Below are positions 26,970 to 41,460 of a DNA stretch of 64,000 nt, piece by piece (position 1 is the first letter of the stretch; the number at the start of each line of letters is the position of its first letter). The notes beneath the pieces are model-generated. The model was not told where the DNA came from. It worked only from the letters and a program-made list of their open reading frames with translations, and made no database searches. A program made the translations under genes and the position numbers. The DNA lies in the NCBI GenBank assembly GCA_964016885.1, contig OZ024742.1, positions 344,286,001 to 344,350,000 on the forward strand, in the 5' to 3' direction. The DNA is from Eledone cirrhosa. Lineage: Eukaryota.

Positions 26970-27474
26970 GGCATATCTGTGTGAGTTAATATGCGTACGT
27001 GTGTGTTTTAAATTTAACTCATACGAACACTACCACCACCCTCACCAACAACAACACAAACGCCGCCACCACCGCCAGCACCACCAACAACAACAGCAAC
27101 AACAACAACCTACAAAGTTATAGATCATAGAAAAGGGATATCTGAATGATTAAAGGGAAGACAATGTAACAATAATTACAGTGGTGGTGGTGGTGGTGGT
27201 GGTGATGGTAGTGGTGGTGGTGGTGGTAGTGGTGGTACAGTGGTAGTGATGGTGGTGGTGGTGGTGGGATGGTACAGTGGTGGTAGTGGTGGTGATTGAC
27301 GTCCTGGTGCATTACTAGTAGTTATGGTGGTGGGGATGACGTAAATACGATGACAGGAGATCAGAGGTATTTTAATGGGCGGAGTGAAATGTTGATGTCA
27401 GTAATCCAGCCAATAAAATCCCACATACATGAAAGTGGGTGTTGTCAAACGTGGGTTGAACGATCTGTTCCATG

Positions 27475-27655
27475 TGGATTGGCAGTATCGGTAGAGTGTC
27501 GGGCGCCATGCTTTCTAGCATAGTTACGTCCCTTTACGATCTGAGTTCAAATCCCGCCGAGGTTGACTTTGCCTTTCATCCTTACGGGGTCGATAAAATA
27601 AAGTACCAGTAATGCACTGGATAATTGCTGGCCTTGTGCCTAAAGTAGAAACAAT
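27475..27655 (+). mobile_element. SINE family A
   Basis: gagttcaaatcccgccgaggttgactttgcctttcatccttacggggtcgataaaataaagtaccagt. Confidence 0.85.
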
Positions 27656-27667
27656 TATATATATATA

Positions 27668-28600
27668 TATGAAAAAGTTTGTCCTCTTCAGTGGCCATCC
27701 AACCGTCGTAGGCATTTCGTCGCATTAAAGGCCATATACCTCAGGTTGGTGCGAGCAACGGCTAAAAAAAAAGTCGTTGGGACACGTAAATAAAGGGGAC
27801 GCTAGGGTAAACAAACAAAATGGTTTAAGCAGCAGAAAGAGAGGAAGAAGGAAACAAGTCGCAGATTTCTATGAATATAAATTCGGTGGAATCGTCAACG
27901 AGAGAATAAAGACCATCAAAGCTGGTTGAAATGAGAGCAAGGAAGGAAATTCGCACAGGTCTAACGGGAGGAAGAAGGGGTCTGGTCTGCGAATTCGGTA
28001 AACATAAGTTCTGTGATGTCGCAGACGAGAGAGAGAGAGAAAAAAAATTCATACCGGCTTGGCCAAGTGCCCGCGAGAAAAGAATTGTGGACAGGTCAAA
28101 CGGGAAGAAAGGGGAGGAGGAGTGGTAGTGACAGAGAGTGAGTGAGTGAAAGGTGAGGAAGAGGCTAACAGAGAGAGACTGCTAGAAAGGGTAAAGACAC
28201 AAAGAACGAAACAGACTGGTGGCAGCGGAGGAAAAAATATATGTGTAAATATGATAATAATGGAGCTGCGGCGCTGCAAATGGGTTACATATGAAAAAGT
28301 TTGTCCTCATCAGTGGCCATCCAACCGTCGTAGGCATTTCGTCGCATTAAAGGCCATATACCTCAGGTTGGTGCGAGCAACGGCTAAAAAAAGTTCGTTG
28401 GGACACGTAAATAAAGGGGACGCTAGGGTAAACAAACAAAATGGTTTAAGCAGCAGAAAGAGAGGAAGAAGGAAACAAGTCCCAGATTTCTATGAATATA
28501 AATTCGGTGGAATCGTGAACGAGAGAATAAAGACCATCAAACCTGGTTGAAATGTGAGCAAGGAAGGAATTTCGCACAGGTCTAACGGGAGGAAGAAGGG
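27668..28600 (-). repeat. Partial tandem duplication (~312 bp at 27668-27980 and 28289-28600), pseudo-LTR-like
   Basis: Near-identical direct repeats 621 bp apart; truncated CTGA(A/T)GAGGAC on the minus strand. Confidence 0.8.
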
Positions 28601-28822
28601 ATAATATATAAGATCAAAAGATGGTTAAAAGAGTTCCATGTATTTTATTATGCGCATTTCAAAAACAAATATCACCATGCAATAATATTTGTGTTTTCGT
28701 CAGATAAAATAGGAAGACATGATATGAAGGTTAAAATACACTTTGAATAGTGCAGTTTTAAATCAACATATTATCCGATATCTGCATTGCTTTATTGTAC
28801 TACAATAAAACTCACCTCCTAC

Positions 28823-28935
<113 letters not shown>

Positions 28936-28955
28936 TGTGTGTGTATGTGTATATA

Positions 28956-29010
<55 letters not shown>

Positions 29011-29035
29011 TTAATATAGATGAGATTCTACATGA

Positions 29036-29075
29036 CTAGAACTGTTTCATTCTTTAGAAATCATCAGGAATCCTG
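29036..29075 (-). ncRNA. Minimal hammerhead-like motif
   Basis: Minus strand: CTGATGA-tTTC taaa GAAt-GAAAC-agttcta-GTC; a short inverted copy is adjacent. Confidence 0.45.
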
Positions 29076-29087
29076 ATAATTTCTAAA

Positions 29088-29126
<39 letters not shown>

Positions 29127-29169
29127 TATAGAATTCACAAGAATCAAAGCTATGTTCAAAGCATTTATT

Positions 29170-29216
29170 CACTTACAATTGTTTCATCTAAACCTAGGCT
29201 TGGATTCTTCGGAACA
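29170..29216 (-). ncRNA. Type I hammerhead-like motif, CCGAAGA core, palindromic stem III
   Basis: Minus strand: CCGAAGA-ATCCAAGC ctag GTTTAGAT-GAAA-CAATTG-TA; homologous to 10533-10579. Confidence 0.6.
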
Positions 29217-29654
29217 TTTTTCAATGTTTGTACACATGATTGACTTCCTTTCCAACGGAAGAGACATACAGATACATATGTATATATTGATGTACAGTGG
29301 AGTGACATATATTATATTATTTCCGTATAGCAATTCAAATTCAAAGTCAAAATCAATATCAAAATTAAAACAAAATTAAAACAAAATTAAAATACATTCG
29401 GCAGTTAACATAGATAATGCAAGAGAATAGTTTGTTAGTCAGATGTAGTAGTTATTGTATACGTTAGTTACGTGTGTCTCATTTATATATGATTATTGTG
29501 TGGCAGGGTGTTACATGTAATACAAGCACTTTACGTGGTTAAGTAAGAGTATTATGGAGGTTGCAGTGGTAAGGTATTTTTTGTATATGATAAAAAAGTA
29601 TTTGTGCTGAAAAATAGAAATAGCAAGGAGAAGCAAAAGAGAGTTTTTTGCTTC

Positions 29655-30673
29655 TGGTAGTGGTGGTGGTGCTGGAGGGAGTGATGGTAGTGGTGGTGGT
29701 GGAGGGAGTGATGGTAGTGGTGGTGGTGGTGGAGGGAGTGATGGTAGTGGTGGTGGAGGGAGTGATTGTAGTGGTGGTCGTGCTGGAGGGAGTGATGGTA
29801 GTAGTGGTGGTGGTGGTGGAGGGAGTGATGGTAGTGGTGGTGGTGGAAGGAGTGGTGGTGGTGGAGGGAGTGATGGTAGTGGTGGTGGTGGTGCTGGAGG
29901 GAGTGATGGTAGTGGTGGTGGTGGAGGGAGTGATGGTAGTGGTGGTGGTGGTGGAGGGAGTGGTGGTAGTGGTGGTGTGTGGTGGAGGGAGTGATGGTAG
30001 TGGTGGTGGTGGTGGAGGGAGTGATGGTAGTGGTGGTGGTGGTGGTGGGAGTGATGGTAGTAGTGGTGGTGGTGGAGGGAGTGATGGTAGTAGCGGTGGT
30101 GGTGGAGGGAGTGATGGTAGTGGTGGTGGTGGTGATGGAGGGAGTGATGGTAGTGGTGGTGGTGGTGGAGGGAGTGATGGTAGTGGTGGTGGTGGTGGTG
30201 GGAGTGATGGTAGTAGTGGTGGTGGTGGAGGGAGTGATGGTAGTAGCGGTGGTGGTGGAGGGAGTGATGGTAGTGGTGGTGGTGGTGATGGAGGGAGTGA
30301 TGGTAGTGGTGGTGGTGGTGGAGGGAGTGATGGTAGTGGTGGTGGTGGTGGTGGGAGTGATGGTAGTAGTGGTGGTGGTGGAGGGAGTGATGGTAGTAGC
30401 GGTGGTGGTGGAGGGAGTGATGGTAGTGGTGGTGGTGGTGATGGAGGGAGTGATGGTAGTGGTGGTGGTGGTGGAGGGAGTGATGGTAGTGGTGGTGGTG
30501 GTGGAGGGAGTGATGCTAGTGGTGGTGGTGGTGCTGGAGGGAGTGATGGTAGTGGTGGTGGTGGTGGAGTGGTGGTAGTAGTAGTGATGGTGCTGGAGGG
30601 AGTGATGGTAGTGGTGGTGGTGGTGGAGGGAGTGGTGGTAGTAGTAGTGGTGGTGGTGGTGGTGTGGTGGTAG
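29655..30673. repeat. GGT-rich minisatellite, unit ggagggagtgatggtagt(ggt)n
   Basis: ~24-30-bp units with higher-order repeats. Confidence 0.95.
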
Positions 30674-30794
30674 TAACTACAGTTGAAAGACTACAATGAA
30701 ATATAACCCCCCTCACCCTCCTAGAAGACAAGACAATTCCAGCCGACCAAATCATACAATTATATATTTTATTTTTAGAATTCTTCATTTATTG

Positions 30795-31460
30795 AACGTC
30801 AGACAACATGCTTTGGCATAGAGTTACAGCCCTTTACGTTCTGAGTTCAAATCCCGCCAAGGTTAACTACGCCTTTTATCCTTACGAGGTCGATAAAATA
30901 AAGTTCCAGTAACACACTGGGGTCGCTTTAATCGACTTTACCCTCCCCAAAATTGCTGGCCTTGTGCCTCAATCAGAAACCAATACTTATATCCTGGTGT
31001 AGTGGCAGTATCGGTAGTGTCGGACACCATACTTTGTGATATAGTGTTACGACCCTTTACCCTTCCCTAAAAAAGATTGCTGGCCTTGTGCCTGAATCAG
31101 AAACTATTACTACTAATTGTTTCTCCTTTTGGCACAAGGCCACCAATTACTCAGTACATTACTGGTACTTTATTTTATCGACCCCGTAAGGATGAAAGGC
31201 AAAGTTAACCTCGTCGGTATTTGAACTCAGATCATAAAGGGCCGTAACTCTATGCAGCAAAGCATGGTGTCCGACCCTCTACCAATACTGCCAATCCACC
31301 AATAATAATTGTTTCTAGTTTTGGCACAAGGCCAACAATTACCCAGTGCATTACTGGTACTTTATTTTATCGACCCTGTAAGGATGAAAGGCAAAGTTAA
31401 CCTCGGCGGGATTGAACTCAGAATGACAAGGGCCGTAACTCTATGCGTCAAAGCATGGCT
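30795..31460. mobile_element. Cluster of four SINE family A copies (two +, two -)
   Basis: Copies at ~30795-30985(+), 31000-31105(+, deleted), 31118-31300(-) and 31310-31460(-). Confidence 0.8.
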
Positions 31461-31759
31461 AATAAATATTATTATTTTTGTTGCTTTTGTTGTTTTTTGT
31501 ATTTATTTGTTTATTTATTTTTTACATTTCCGATTTTAAATCAAATAAAGCTAAAAAGTTTGTGTAAAATGAAATGGCCTTTAAGATATTGAAATTTAAT
31601 TTCGCAATATTTTCTTTCTATTTCATTTAACTAATTGACATTCCCATTCGGAAACTCTTAAATGTTTCTAAAATCACAGAAACGAAATTAAAATTTCTGG
31701 CGAGGTGGGTAGGTTAATGGGAAGGGGGACAAACACATAATAAAAAACATTGTTAAAGA

Positions 31760-32660
<901 letters not shown>

Positions 32661-32971
32661 ACCTTAATTTGGTTGTTTTACGTAGGAACAGCTGTTGTAC
32701 ATGTTGTGTGGGTGTGGAGGGAGTATCGAACTCGATGGATCAACTGAAGTCTAATACAAGGTGCAGTCACACCCTCACCTTGTATATATACACCCGAGAG
32801 TGTGTGTTTGGGCGTATGTGTGTACGTAACATTGTGTGTATGTGTGTATTACTGTGTGTTTGTGTGTGTGTGTGTGTATGTGAGAGAGAGAGAGAGAGAG
32901 AGAGAGAAAGATATATAGAGTGAAATAAATAAAGAGAAAGATAAAGAGATAAAGAGAGAAGGTGAGAAAGA

Positions 32972-34136
32972 GTGTGTACATGTGTACATATGTGTGTACG
33001 TGTGTACGTATGTGTGTACGTGTGTACGTGTGTACGTATGTGTGTACGTGTGTACGTATGTGTGTACGTGTGTACGTATGTGTGTACGTGTGTACGTATG
33101 TATGTACGTGTGTATGTGTATACGTGTGTACGTATGTATGTACCTGTGTACGTATTATGTACGTGTGTATGTATGTATGTACGTGTGACCGTATGTATGT
33201 AGGTGTGTACGTATGTATGTACGTGTGTATGTGTGTACGTGTGTACGTATTATGTACGTGTGTATGTATGTATGTATGTACGTGTGTACGTATGTATGTA
33301 GGTGTGTACGTATGTATGTACGTGTGTATGTATGTGTGTACGTGTGAACGTATGTATGTAGGTGTGTACGTATGTATGTACGTGTGTACGTATGTATGTA
33401 GGTGTGTACTTATGTGTGTACGTGTGTATGTATGTGTGTACGTGTGTACGTATTATGTACGTGTGTACGTATGTATGTACGTGTGTACGCATGTATGTAC
33501 GTGTATATGTATGTATGTAGGTGTGTACGTATGTATGTACGTGTGTACGTATGTATGTACGTGTGTATGTATGTATGTACGTGTGTACGTATGTATGTAG
33601 GTGTGTACGTATGTGTGTACGTGTGTATGTATGTGTGTACTTGTGTACGTATGTGTGTACGTGTGTACGTATGTATGTACGTGTGTACGTATCTATGTAC
33701 GTATGTATGTATGTGTGTAGGTGTGTACGTATGTGTGCACGTGTGTACGTATGTGTGTACGTGTGTACGTATGTATGTAGGTGTGTACGCATGTGTGTAC
33801 ATGTGTACGTATGTATGTACGTGTGTACGTATGTATGTAGGCGTGTACGTATGTATGTACGTGTGTACGTATGTATGTACGTGTGTATGTATGTATGTAC
33901 GTGTGTACGTATTATGTACGTGTGTATGTATGTGTGTACGTGTGTACGTATGTGTGTACGTGTGTACGTATGTATGTATCTGTGTACGTATGTATGTATG
34001 TCTGTATGTATGTATGTAAGTGTGTAAATATGTGCGTACGTGTGTACGTATGTTTGTACGTGTGTATGTATGTATGTACGTGTGTATGTATGTGTGTATG
34101 TGTGTACGTATGTATGTACATGTGTACGTATGTACA
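32972..34136. repeat. Minisatellite of tgtacgtg/tgtacgta/tgta units
   Basis: Direct reading. Confidence 0.95.
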
Positions 34137-34139
34137 GTA

Positions 34140-35875
34140 AGCTCTCAAGGAGAGATACTCATATACCAGAATGGTTGACATTAACACAAACAATACTGGT
34201 CCCAAAGAACAAAGACACCCACTTGGCCAAAAAAAAACTACCGACCCATTGCATGCTAGAACCTGATGTATAAGATGTATACAGCCTGCCTGAACCTATC
34301 TCTCCAAGATCACTGTGAAAATAATAACATCATCACAGATGAATAAGCAGCTGGAAAGAAAGGGGTTGGGGGATGTGCTGAACAACTCCTAATTAACAAA
34401 ACTGCGATGTCGGAGGTGCGGCAACTTAGGAGGAATATGACTACAGTCTGGTGGGACTACAGGAAAGCATTTGATTCTGATCCCCACTCTTGTATGATAG
34501 AGACCCTCCGACTTGTTAATGTCCCAGATATTATTATTAGAGCCATAGAGAAGCTGTCTTCTTCTTGGGCTACTATCCTAAAGTTAAAAACAGAGGAGGG
34601 CTCTATTTTCACTGATTAAATAGAATATCACAGGGTAATATTTCTAGGAGACAGTCTCTCGGTGATATTATTCATCCTGTCATTAAACCCCTTGTGCCTT
34701 CTGCTCAAAAAATGTGAAGGATACATCATTGGCTCACAGGAGGACAGAAATACAAACCTAACCCATCTTTGAGGATGACCTGAAACTCTATGGCAAGAAA
34801 ATGGATGGGATGAAGAAAAATCTTGACCTGTTTACAACGTTCTCAAAGGATATAGGAATGGAGTTTGGCCAAGATAAATGTTCATATATGACTGTAAAGC
34901 AGAAGAAAACTACAACCCAATCTAGCAACATTTGTATCAATGGCCTAACTGTTTCACCAATATCTGACGAGGACTGCTACAGATACTTGGGGATAGATGA
35001 GAACATATCCTATAATGGTATCTGTAATAAGGAACGCGCAACCAGGGAATACTACACCCGATTAAGAAAGATCTGGTCATCGGAACTCTCTCCGCAAAAC
35101 AAAACAGTGGCTCAAAATATGTGTTTGCTGTGCCTGTCCTAACACCAACGTTTGGAATACTCAATTGGACGATAGACGAAATCCGAACAGTTGATGTTAG
35201 AACTCGAAAAATACTAAACAATACCGGAAACTTCCAGATCAACAGTGACATAGACCGACTTTACTTGAAACGTAAGCAGGAAGGCAGAGGCCTAACATCA
35301 GTCCAAACAGCATTTGAATGTCGCATCATATCCCTTCGACAATATTTACGAATCCCCAAGCGTAGGAGCCCATCTATTGAGCAAGTCTATCTGCATGAAA
35401 CAGATAAGATCATGAGAGTTGGGAAGGAACTCCTTGAAAGATATTCCCTGCTAGATAATAAAAAACTCACACCCAGGGAAGTTGTTCAGCAGTACCGCAT
35501 GACTCCATGGATGAAAAACTGTATGCTTATCAGCAAAAAAGTCATGCATGGATATGTTACTAGGAAGCTCCAGCGTGAGAGTAATATAGATAAAGAAAGT
35601 AGTCTATCTTGGACCAACAACCGCTATAGTGGCTCCCACTTTGAAGGATACGCTTTTGCAATCCAAGAACAGGAAATCAACACGAAATACCTGATTCACA
35701 AAAGAGATAGGGATTCAGGCAAAACACCTGGATGTGATAACAAGTGCAGACTGCAAAATTAACATTGAAGATGTCACCCATGTCATAAGCAGCTATCCAA
35801 AGATGTCATCGCGGTACTATCTACCTATGAGGCATGATGTAGTGACCAAAACACTGTACAATGCAATCCTACGTT
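34140..35875 (+). mobile_element. R4/Dong-like non-LTR retrotransposon fragment (RT + CCHC), pseudogenised
   Basis: IPEWLT..TILVPK, WWDYRKAFDS.PHS, IFLGDSLS..LF, EDDLKLY, FSKDIGMEFGQDKC, YRYLGI, IDRLYLKRKQEGRGL, FAIQEQEI.TK, CRL..EDVTHVISS.P..RHD; many stops and frameshifts. Confidence 0.85.
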
Positions 35876-36151
35876 ATTCTTACTTATGTTTGTCTCTCAT
35901 CTATATACCATCATCTTCAATATATCTTCCTCTCTTTATATTTCTATCTATAATAATTTCTCCTTTTCTTTTTCTTTCTCTTTTTCTTTTTCCTTTTCCT
36001 TCTTCTTCTTTCTCCTTCCTTTCCTTTCTGTCTTTACTGTATCTATCTCCCTTTCTTCCCCCTTTTCTCTCTATATCTTTATTATTAATATTATTATTGA
36101 TGATGTAATTTGAGGATGTAATTTGTAAATTTGCCGGTTACATATATATAT

Positions 36152-36255
36152 TTTCCGATGATCTAGTAGAGTTAACATCGTATATAAATAGAGTGGCACT
36201 GTTTTTAGTGTTCAGCAATTTTTAGACAACTCTATCAGTGAAACAATTGTTAGAC
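36152..36255 (+). ncRNA. Degenerate hammerhead-like motif, CCGATGA core, long stem II insert
   Basis: CCGATGA...TAGAGTT...AACTCTA...GAAA-CAATTG-TT. Confidence 0.4.
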
Positions 36256-36471
36256 TGCAAATAAATCCCTTTTTTGTACTGTTGACCATGTTATTCTCCA
36301 CTTTTTCAATTTTATTACTCCAAGATAAACTTACATAGGAATACAAGTGAAATCATAAACTCGTCATCTACGTAAACCTCTTGTTGAGTCAAGAAACGCC
36401 GTACGCTAAAACTATCCATAATAAGTATTCACAACCTCTAATTGGATTACCTATAACGATATTTTCTTATC

Positions 36472-36527
<56 letters not shown>

Positions 36528-37141
36528 TCGTGAGCCGAAATGCGAATCTCGATAATTTATGTTTGTATTTATCTCCAGACTCTAGCTATTGACCAGTTAA
36601 TTTTCTTTATTTTTTAGTTGATTCTATTGACTGATGAATAGCTTATGTTAATTTTAACCCTTCTATTGAGAACTCTATTCGATTTGTGATGTTTTTGCAT
36701 TCTTGCAAAAATATACACAACTGAATTTATTCGCCTGATATAGGGGCTGCCTCACTTGCCGATCCCCACGTGGAGTCAGCAATAGTCAGTCCTTGTATTA
36801 ACATTGAACTAAAACCTGTTGAGAAAGTGGCTTCCTTGTTCAATCATCTTACCAGAAGCCTGACATTATTTATGTAAGCGGACGGTACTTGATTTAGGAG
36901 CCGCAGAAACCCAAATACTGGATTTTACCAACCTTCCAGGGGTCCGGGTAAATTTTCAATACCCGAATTACTTGATCGTTTTTTGGGGTATGCGAATGAT
37001 TGTTTAACCATCGTCTCAGCGTGTTTGGCGTTTAACGTTTGTTATAGCTCTGGTTCATCTGAATCATTGAGCACTTACCACACATCTCGGAGGTTGTTTT
37101 TCGTTATTTCGTGGGCCGAAATGCGAATCTCGATAATTTAT

Positions 37142-37223
<82 letters not shown>

Positions 37224-37746
37224 CAGGAAAGAAGGTTGACATGGTTTGCTATACAAAAAGGGTTTTTAATCTCATAGCTGACAATTGTTTCTCTGAACTG
37301 GTAGGTCTAGAGATCGCTATTCGCTTATTTTCGCGTTACTCGATCGCCAATATAAAATTATAACCAGTCAGAGTATATGTTCCTACACGCACAAGGAACA
37401 TATATATAAACCTTGATTATATATGTTCTGGCTCGTTGATTTATTAACCTGCCATTGAACCACATTTGCATATGGTTCGACAATAGATGTGTCCCTTAGC
37501 GCCTTGTGCGTGTAGGAACATATACTATATTATTATTCTCCTCTTGGTTGAGAAAAAAATGTGGTCGTTCTGACTGCTGCTAGTTATAGCGGTAGCCGAC
37601 TGACCTCCCTGCCTCCGCCTCTATCTTTACACTCGGCCCTTGAAAAAATTGATTCCACTTCATTTTCTCTCATCTCGGGAACAATTTTGAATAGCGCCAG
37701 TTCGTAATTTGAATTCGGGAATTTTATATTCTTCGAATGAAAAGAT

Positions 37747-37828
37747 CCTTCTGACGAGAGTTTTTCTTTGCAACGGAGGCCGTATGGACTCCGTTTATTT
37801 TTGAGACTCGAAACCGATTCGGTAAAGG
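37747..37828 (+). ncRNA. Type I hammerhead ribozyme with canonical core and extended stem II
   Basis: CCTT-CTGACGA-GAGTTT..AACGGAG..CTCCGTT..AGACTC-GAAA-CCG att CGG-TA-AAGG. Confidence 0.8.
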
Positions 37829-37896
37829 TAACTATAGTAAGTAAAGTTAATTTTTTAAAATTTATTTTGAAACTTTTTCTTATTTGCTAAACCTTG

Positions 37897-37982
<86 letters not shown>

Positions 37983-38059
37983 TAGTAATTATAATAAAAT
38001 TGAAGACTAAAATCCAAAGAGGGCTCGATAAGGATAAATATATATCAAATATATAAGAA

Positions 38060-38303
38060 CCGTAGAGCAATTTGCGCGTAATTGTTTTTCACCGCTCCTA
38101 TTAATGACGTATTATTCGTTTTTTCCCGTTCTTTGCCAGCGAACGTCTCCACGAACCAAAGTATCGTCTTCCTGTCTTCCTCCGGTTGCAACGTTTTTTG
38201 AAATATCCAGTTCTGCGTTTACAGATTGACTTTGTTAGTTTCAGAAGATCCCGTTAAGGGTGAAAGCACCGATTCTTTGCTTAAACTTTAATCTGTTATT
38301 TTA

Positions 38304-38310
<7 letters not shown>
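38060..38310. repeat. Dispersed repeat, also at 6390-6480 (reverse) and 63135-63370
   Basis: Shared gtaattgtttttcaccgctcc...gaagatcccgttaagggtgaaagca...ttaatctgttatttta; adjacent to (TA)n. Confidence 0.75.
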
Positions 38311-38351
<41 letters not shown>

Positions 38352-38730
38352 TTAATACATTAACAGAGAAAGCTCTAAGCGATACTCTGACCAACTCCAT
38401 CTCACTCAACAACCAATATGATATACTTAAGTATAATCCCAATTTAGTGTTTGGGGTGCTAACTCTAGAGTATTCCGTGGATAGCTGGTTGTATTATTTT
38501 ATATGAGACATAATTAAATAAATCTCTCTTTCCTTCCATACGATCGTTTCGTTATAAGATTTCTACAATTTGGGATAAATAATGTCCAGGTTATGTAGAA
38601 ACTTGTATATAATCCATAGATATACACACAAGCGGGCCCTTATAACTCATCAGTGGATGCCCATGCAATATCGATATAAAAAACTACATCGATATTAATA
38701 ATTAGTGATGGTTTATATACTGGATATATA

Positions 38731-38847
<117 letters not shown>

Positions 38848-39229
38848 CTGAGATTTATATATCTATCCTTCAGACAAGAGTTTCTTAAACATGTAATTAT
38901 TAAAATAATCACCTTATTCTACCTCATATTACATAAATAATCGCCAGATAAGCTTGCAGGTAAATATTGTTTGTAGCAAACATTTTTTTTATATTGGTCC
39001 ATTTATTAAAATTCTCATTTTCACAGACATTCGAGCGACACTGTGTCACCAGTAAATATCCTGAAGACTATTGACTAGTAACAACGAGAGTCCATAGATA
39101 AAATAATGTTGTCTCTAGTATATAGAGTGGACGACAAACTATGTATAATTATCTCCATTAAGTTTTTGAGAGACAACTGGGGGGGGGCGGTCAGCATGGT
39201 ATTGCTTCTTTATTACTTCATGTAACGAC

Positions 39230-39239
39230 ACTACTACTA

Positions 39240-39274
<35 letters not shown>

Positions 39275-39535
39275 ACTACTACTACTACTACTGCAACTAC
39301 TACTACTACTACTACTACTAATACTACTACTAATACTACTACTACTACTTCTCCTCCTCCTTCCTCCACATCCTCATCCTTCTCCTCTTTCTTCTTTTTT
39401 CTTCTTCTTTTTCTGCTTCTTCTTCTCCTGCTCCTCCACCTTCTTCTTCTTCTTCTTCTCCTCCTCCTCTTCCTCCTCCTCCTCCTCCTTTTCTCCTCCT
39501 CTTCTTCTCCTCCTCCTGCTCCTCCACCTTCTTCT
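39230..39535. repeat. (ACT)n/(GCT)n/(CCT)n/(CTT)n microsatellite
   Basis: Direct reading. Confidence 0.95.
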
Positions 39536-40063
39536 GTGGTCAGTATGTTTAATAGTAAAGTTTTATTTCGTAGCAGATTTATGTAAATATACAGAAAAAG
39601 TAAGCAATATTAGAAAGTACTATAAATGCCATAAACGAGAGGGAAAGGAGGGGGAAAGAAAGGACTATTAGGCAAAGGAAAGAAGAAAGAAAGAAGGAAA
39701 GGGGAAAAGGAGCCAAGGCATTTTCACTGATGGTTTCTTTCTCTCGGATTCCACGTCTCCTTTTTTTGGCCCTTGGATTTCCTGTGTTTTGTTCATACCT
39801 TTACCCCACCTATCTCTCTCCCTCCCTAACTCCCGTACATACGATAGGCTTTTCATTTTTATTTTTATTTTACATGTTATATATTTTATGTATTTTTAAT
39901 GTTACCCGGGATATATTACAGCACTCTCATGCTTCGACGAGACAGATTCATTCAAGATCTCATTGTGTATATAAATCTCAGAATGTGATATGTGGCTTCG
40001 AGTCCAGTTGAAATTAGCTATGCAATTATATGGGTTGTTGTCTTCCTGTTTCTACTACAACAA

Positions 40064-40620
40064 CTACAACGGTACGCGATGGGGCCCACCCACAGCCCCG
40101 GCGGACAGAATGGAGAAGGCGTTTCCCCGGAGGACGGCGAGGGAGTCGCGCTGGAAAAGCCACTCCAACTCACGGGGCTCACACCTGCGGCTGGCCAGCT
40201 CAGCGCCTATGGTGGTGAGCAAGGAGGTATCCCTGGGGCTGAGGACACCAGAAGTCTCCACTGCCAGGGGTACGACCGCAAACCTGTCGGAGAGCGACCG
40301 GTATTTGAGGAGTTTGGCCCACTCAGCCCGACGTGCAGCAGAACCTGGGTCAGTCGCAGACTGCACCAGGTTGCGGCTGCAGAAAGTGTTGGTGCAAGTG
40401 GCATCCCAGACGAGGGGTTTGCCACCGCGGAACGGGAAGATGGCCATCCCATCTGGCCTTTTACCGTCCCCTCGATCCAGCCCCACCGGCTCGAGCTGGG
40501 AAGGGAAGCCTGCAGCGTCCAAGCCATGCTTAATGACCTCGTTGAGGGCAGCATGGCGTGGTAGGCGGCCGGCACTGTGGCGACAGGAAAGCGGGTGGAG
40601 GCTGAAAGAGTCCACGGTGG
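40064..40620 (-). mobile_element. CRE-like non-LTR retrotransposon 3' fragment (restriction-like endonuclease)
   Basis: HPLSC...RHAALN...EP.GL...DGKRPDG...VWDATC...AE..K..KY...PLAVETSG...FQR.SLAVLRGNA. Confidence 0.85.
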
Positions 40621-40629
40621 AAACGCAGC

Positions 40630-41460
40630 GACATTGTTTATGTAGGTCTGTCCATCCAGAGGTACTCTTTGTGGGATTTTCGCTATACGTTCTGGGCTCA
40701 TCTGCACCAGAATTTCGACGCTAGTCCCACTAAATATATCTCTGGAGGATTTTCCTACTGATATCAAAATGTCTTGTCAATTAGGCCATAAACTATCCTT
40801 TTTTCCCATGTATGTAGGGAAAAAGGGAAAATGGGTGGACACAATGGGCGCGTTGGAATATTTGTGCTTTTATCAGCACCGAAATGCTGCCGAAAAGTTT
40901 GGTTTTCTGAATTAATAAAATGTTATCCACGTGGTTCCTTAAAACCAGCTCAATCTCACTCTGAGATAGTTGAACTGTTTTTTATTATGCATTTGAGATT
41001 GTCCTGAAAACCACCGTGTTCAGGGCATTCTCTCTCCTTAGTTCTTGTGGTGAATTTATGCTAAATGGCCCATTGGGTCCAAAAGTCACATATTGTTTAG
41101 CTTCTTCCAACTTTTGTTTCGCGTTTGTTAAATCCAAAAGTTGAAATATTTCCGTTTTTTTTACAGTATCAGCAAAATAAATTTTGCTGTTTTTGTCTTT
41201 CTTGTTGTTATTGTCGCTGTTGTTTGTATTTTCTTTAGTGTTTGTGTTGACATTTTTTTCCTTTTGATTGGTGTTGTTGGATGTGTTTTCAATTTTTTCA
41301 TTTTCTGTATTTTTTGGTGTCTGTTGTGGGCTGTTATTTTCACTTTTTGTTGTATGAATTTCCATTTCTTTACGAAAGGAAGTATTTGCTACATATATTT
41401 CCTTCTGTGTGTGGGTACATGTGACATTTGTGACGTCAGGCGTGTTCAGTTGCTTACAAG
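40630..41460 (-). mobile_element. ORF1 fragment of the same Tx1-like LINE family as 43485-48310, diverged
   Basis: IYFADTVKKTEIF..QYVTFGPNGPFSINSPQELRRENALNTVVFRTISN and VEILVQMSPERIAKIPQRVPLDG align to ORF1 at 43504-44400. Confidence 0.85.

Noticed and set aside
29648-30673. 341-aa Val/Gly-Ser-Asp-rich structural protein
   Set aside because: The ORF coincides exactly with a GGT minisatellite and switches frame character midway; there is no unique coding sequence
39060-39105. Hammerhead at CTGAAGA-ctat.gact..agtc.atag (also 36630 and 55671)
   Set aside because: GAAA and stem III are absent
39990-40724. Plus-strand 244-aa and 190-aa ORFs
   Set aside because: Antisense shadows of the GC-rich CRE-like coding fragment
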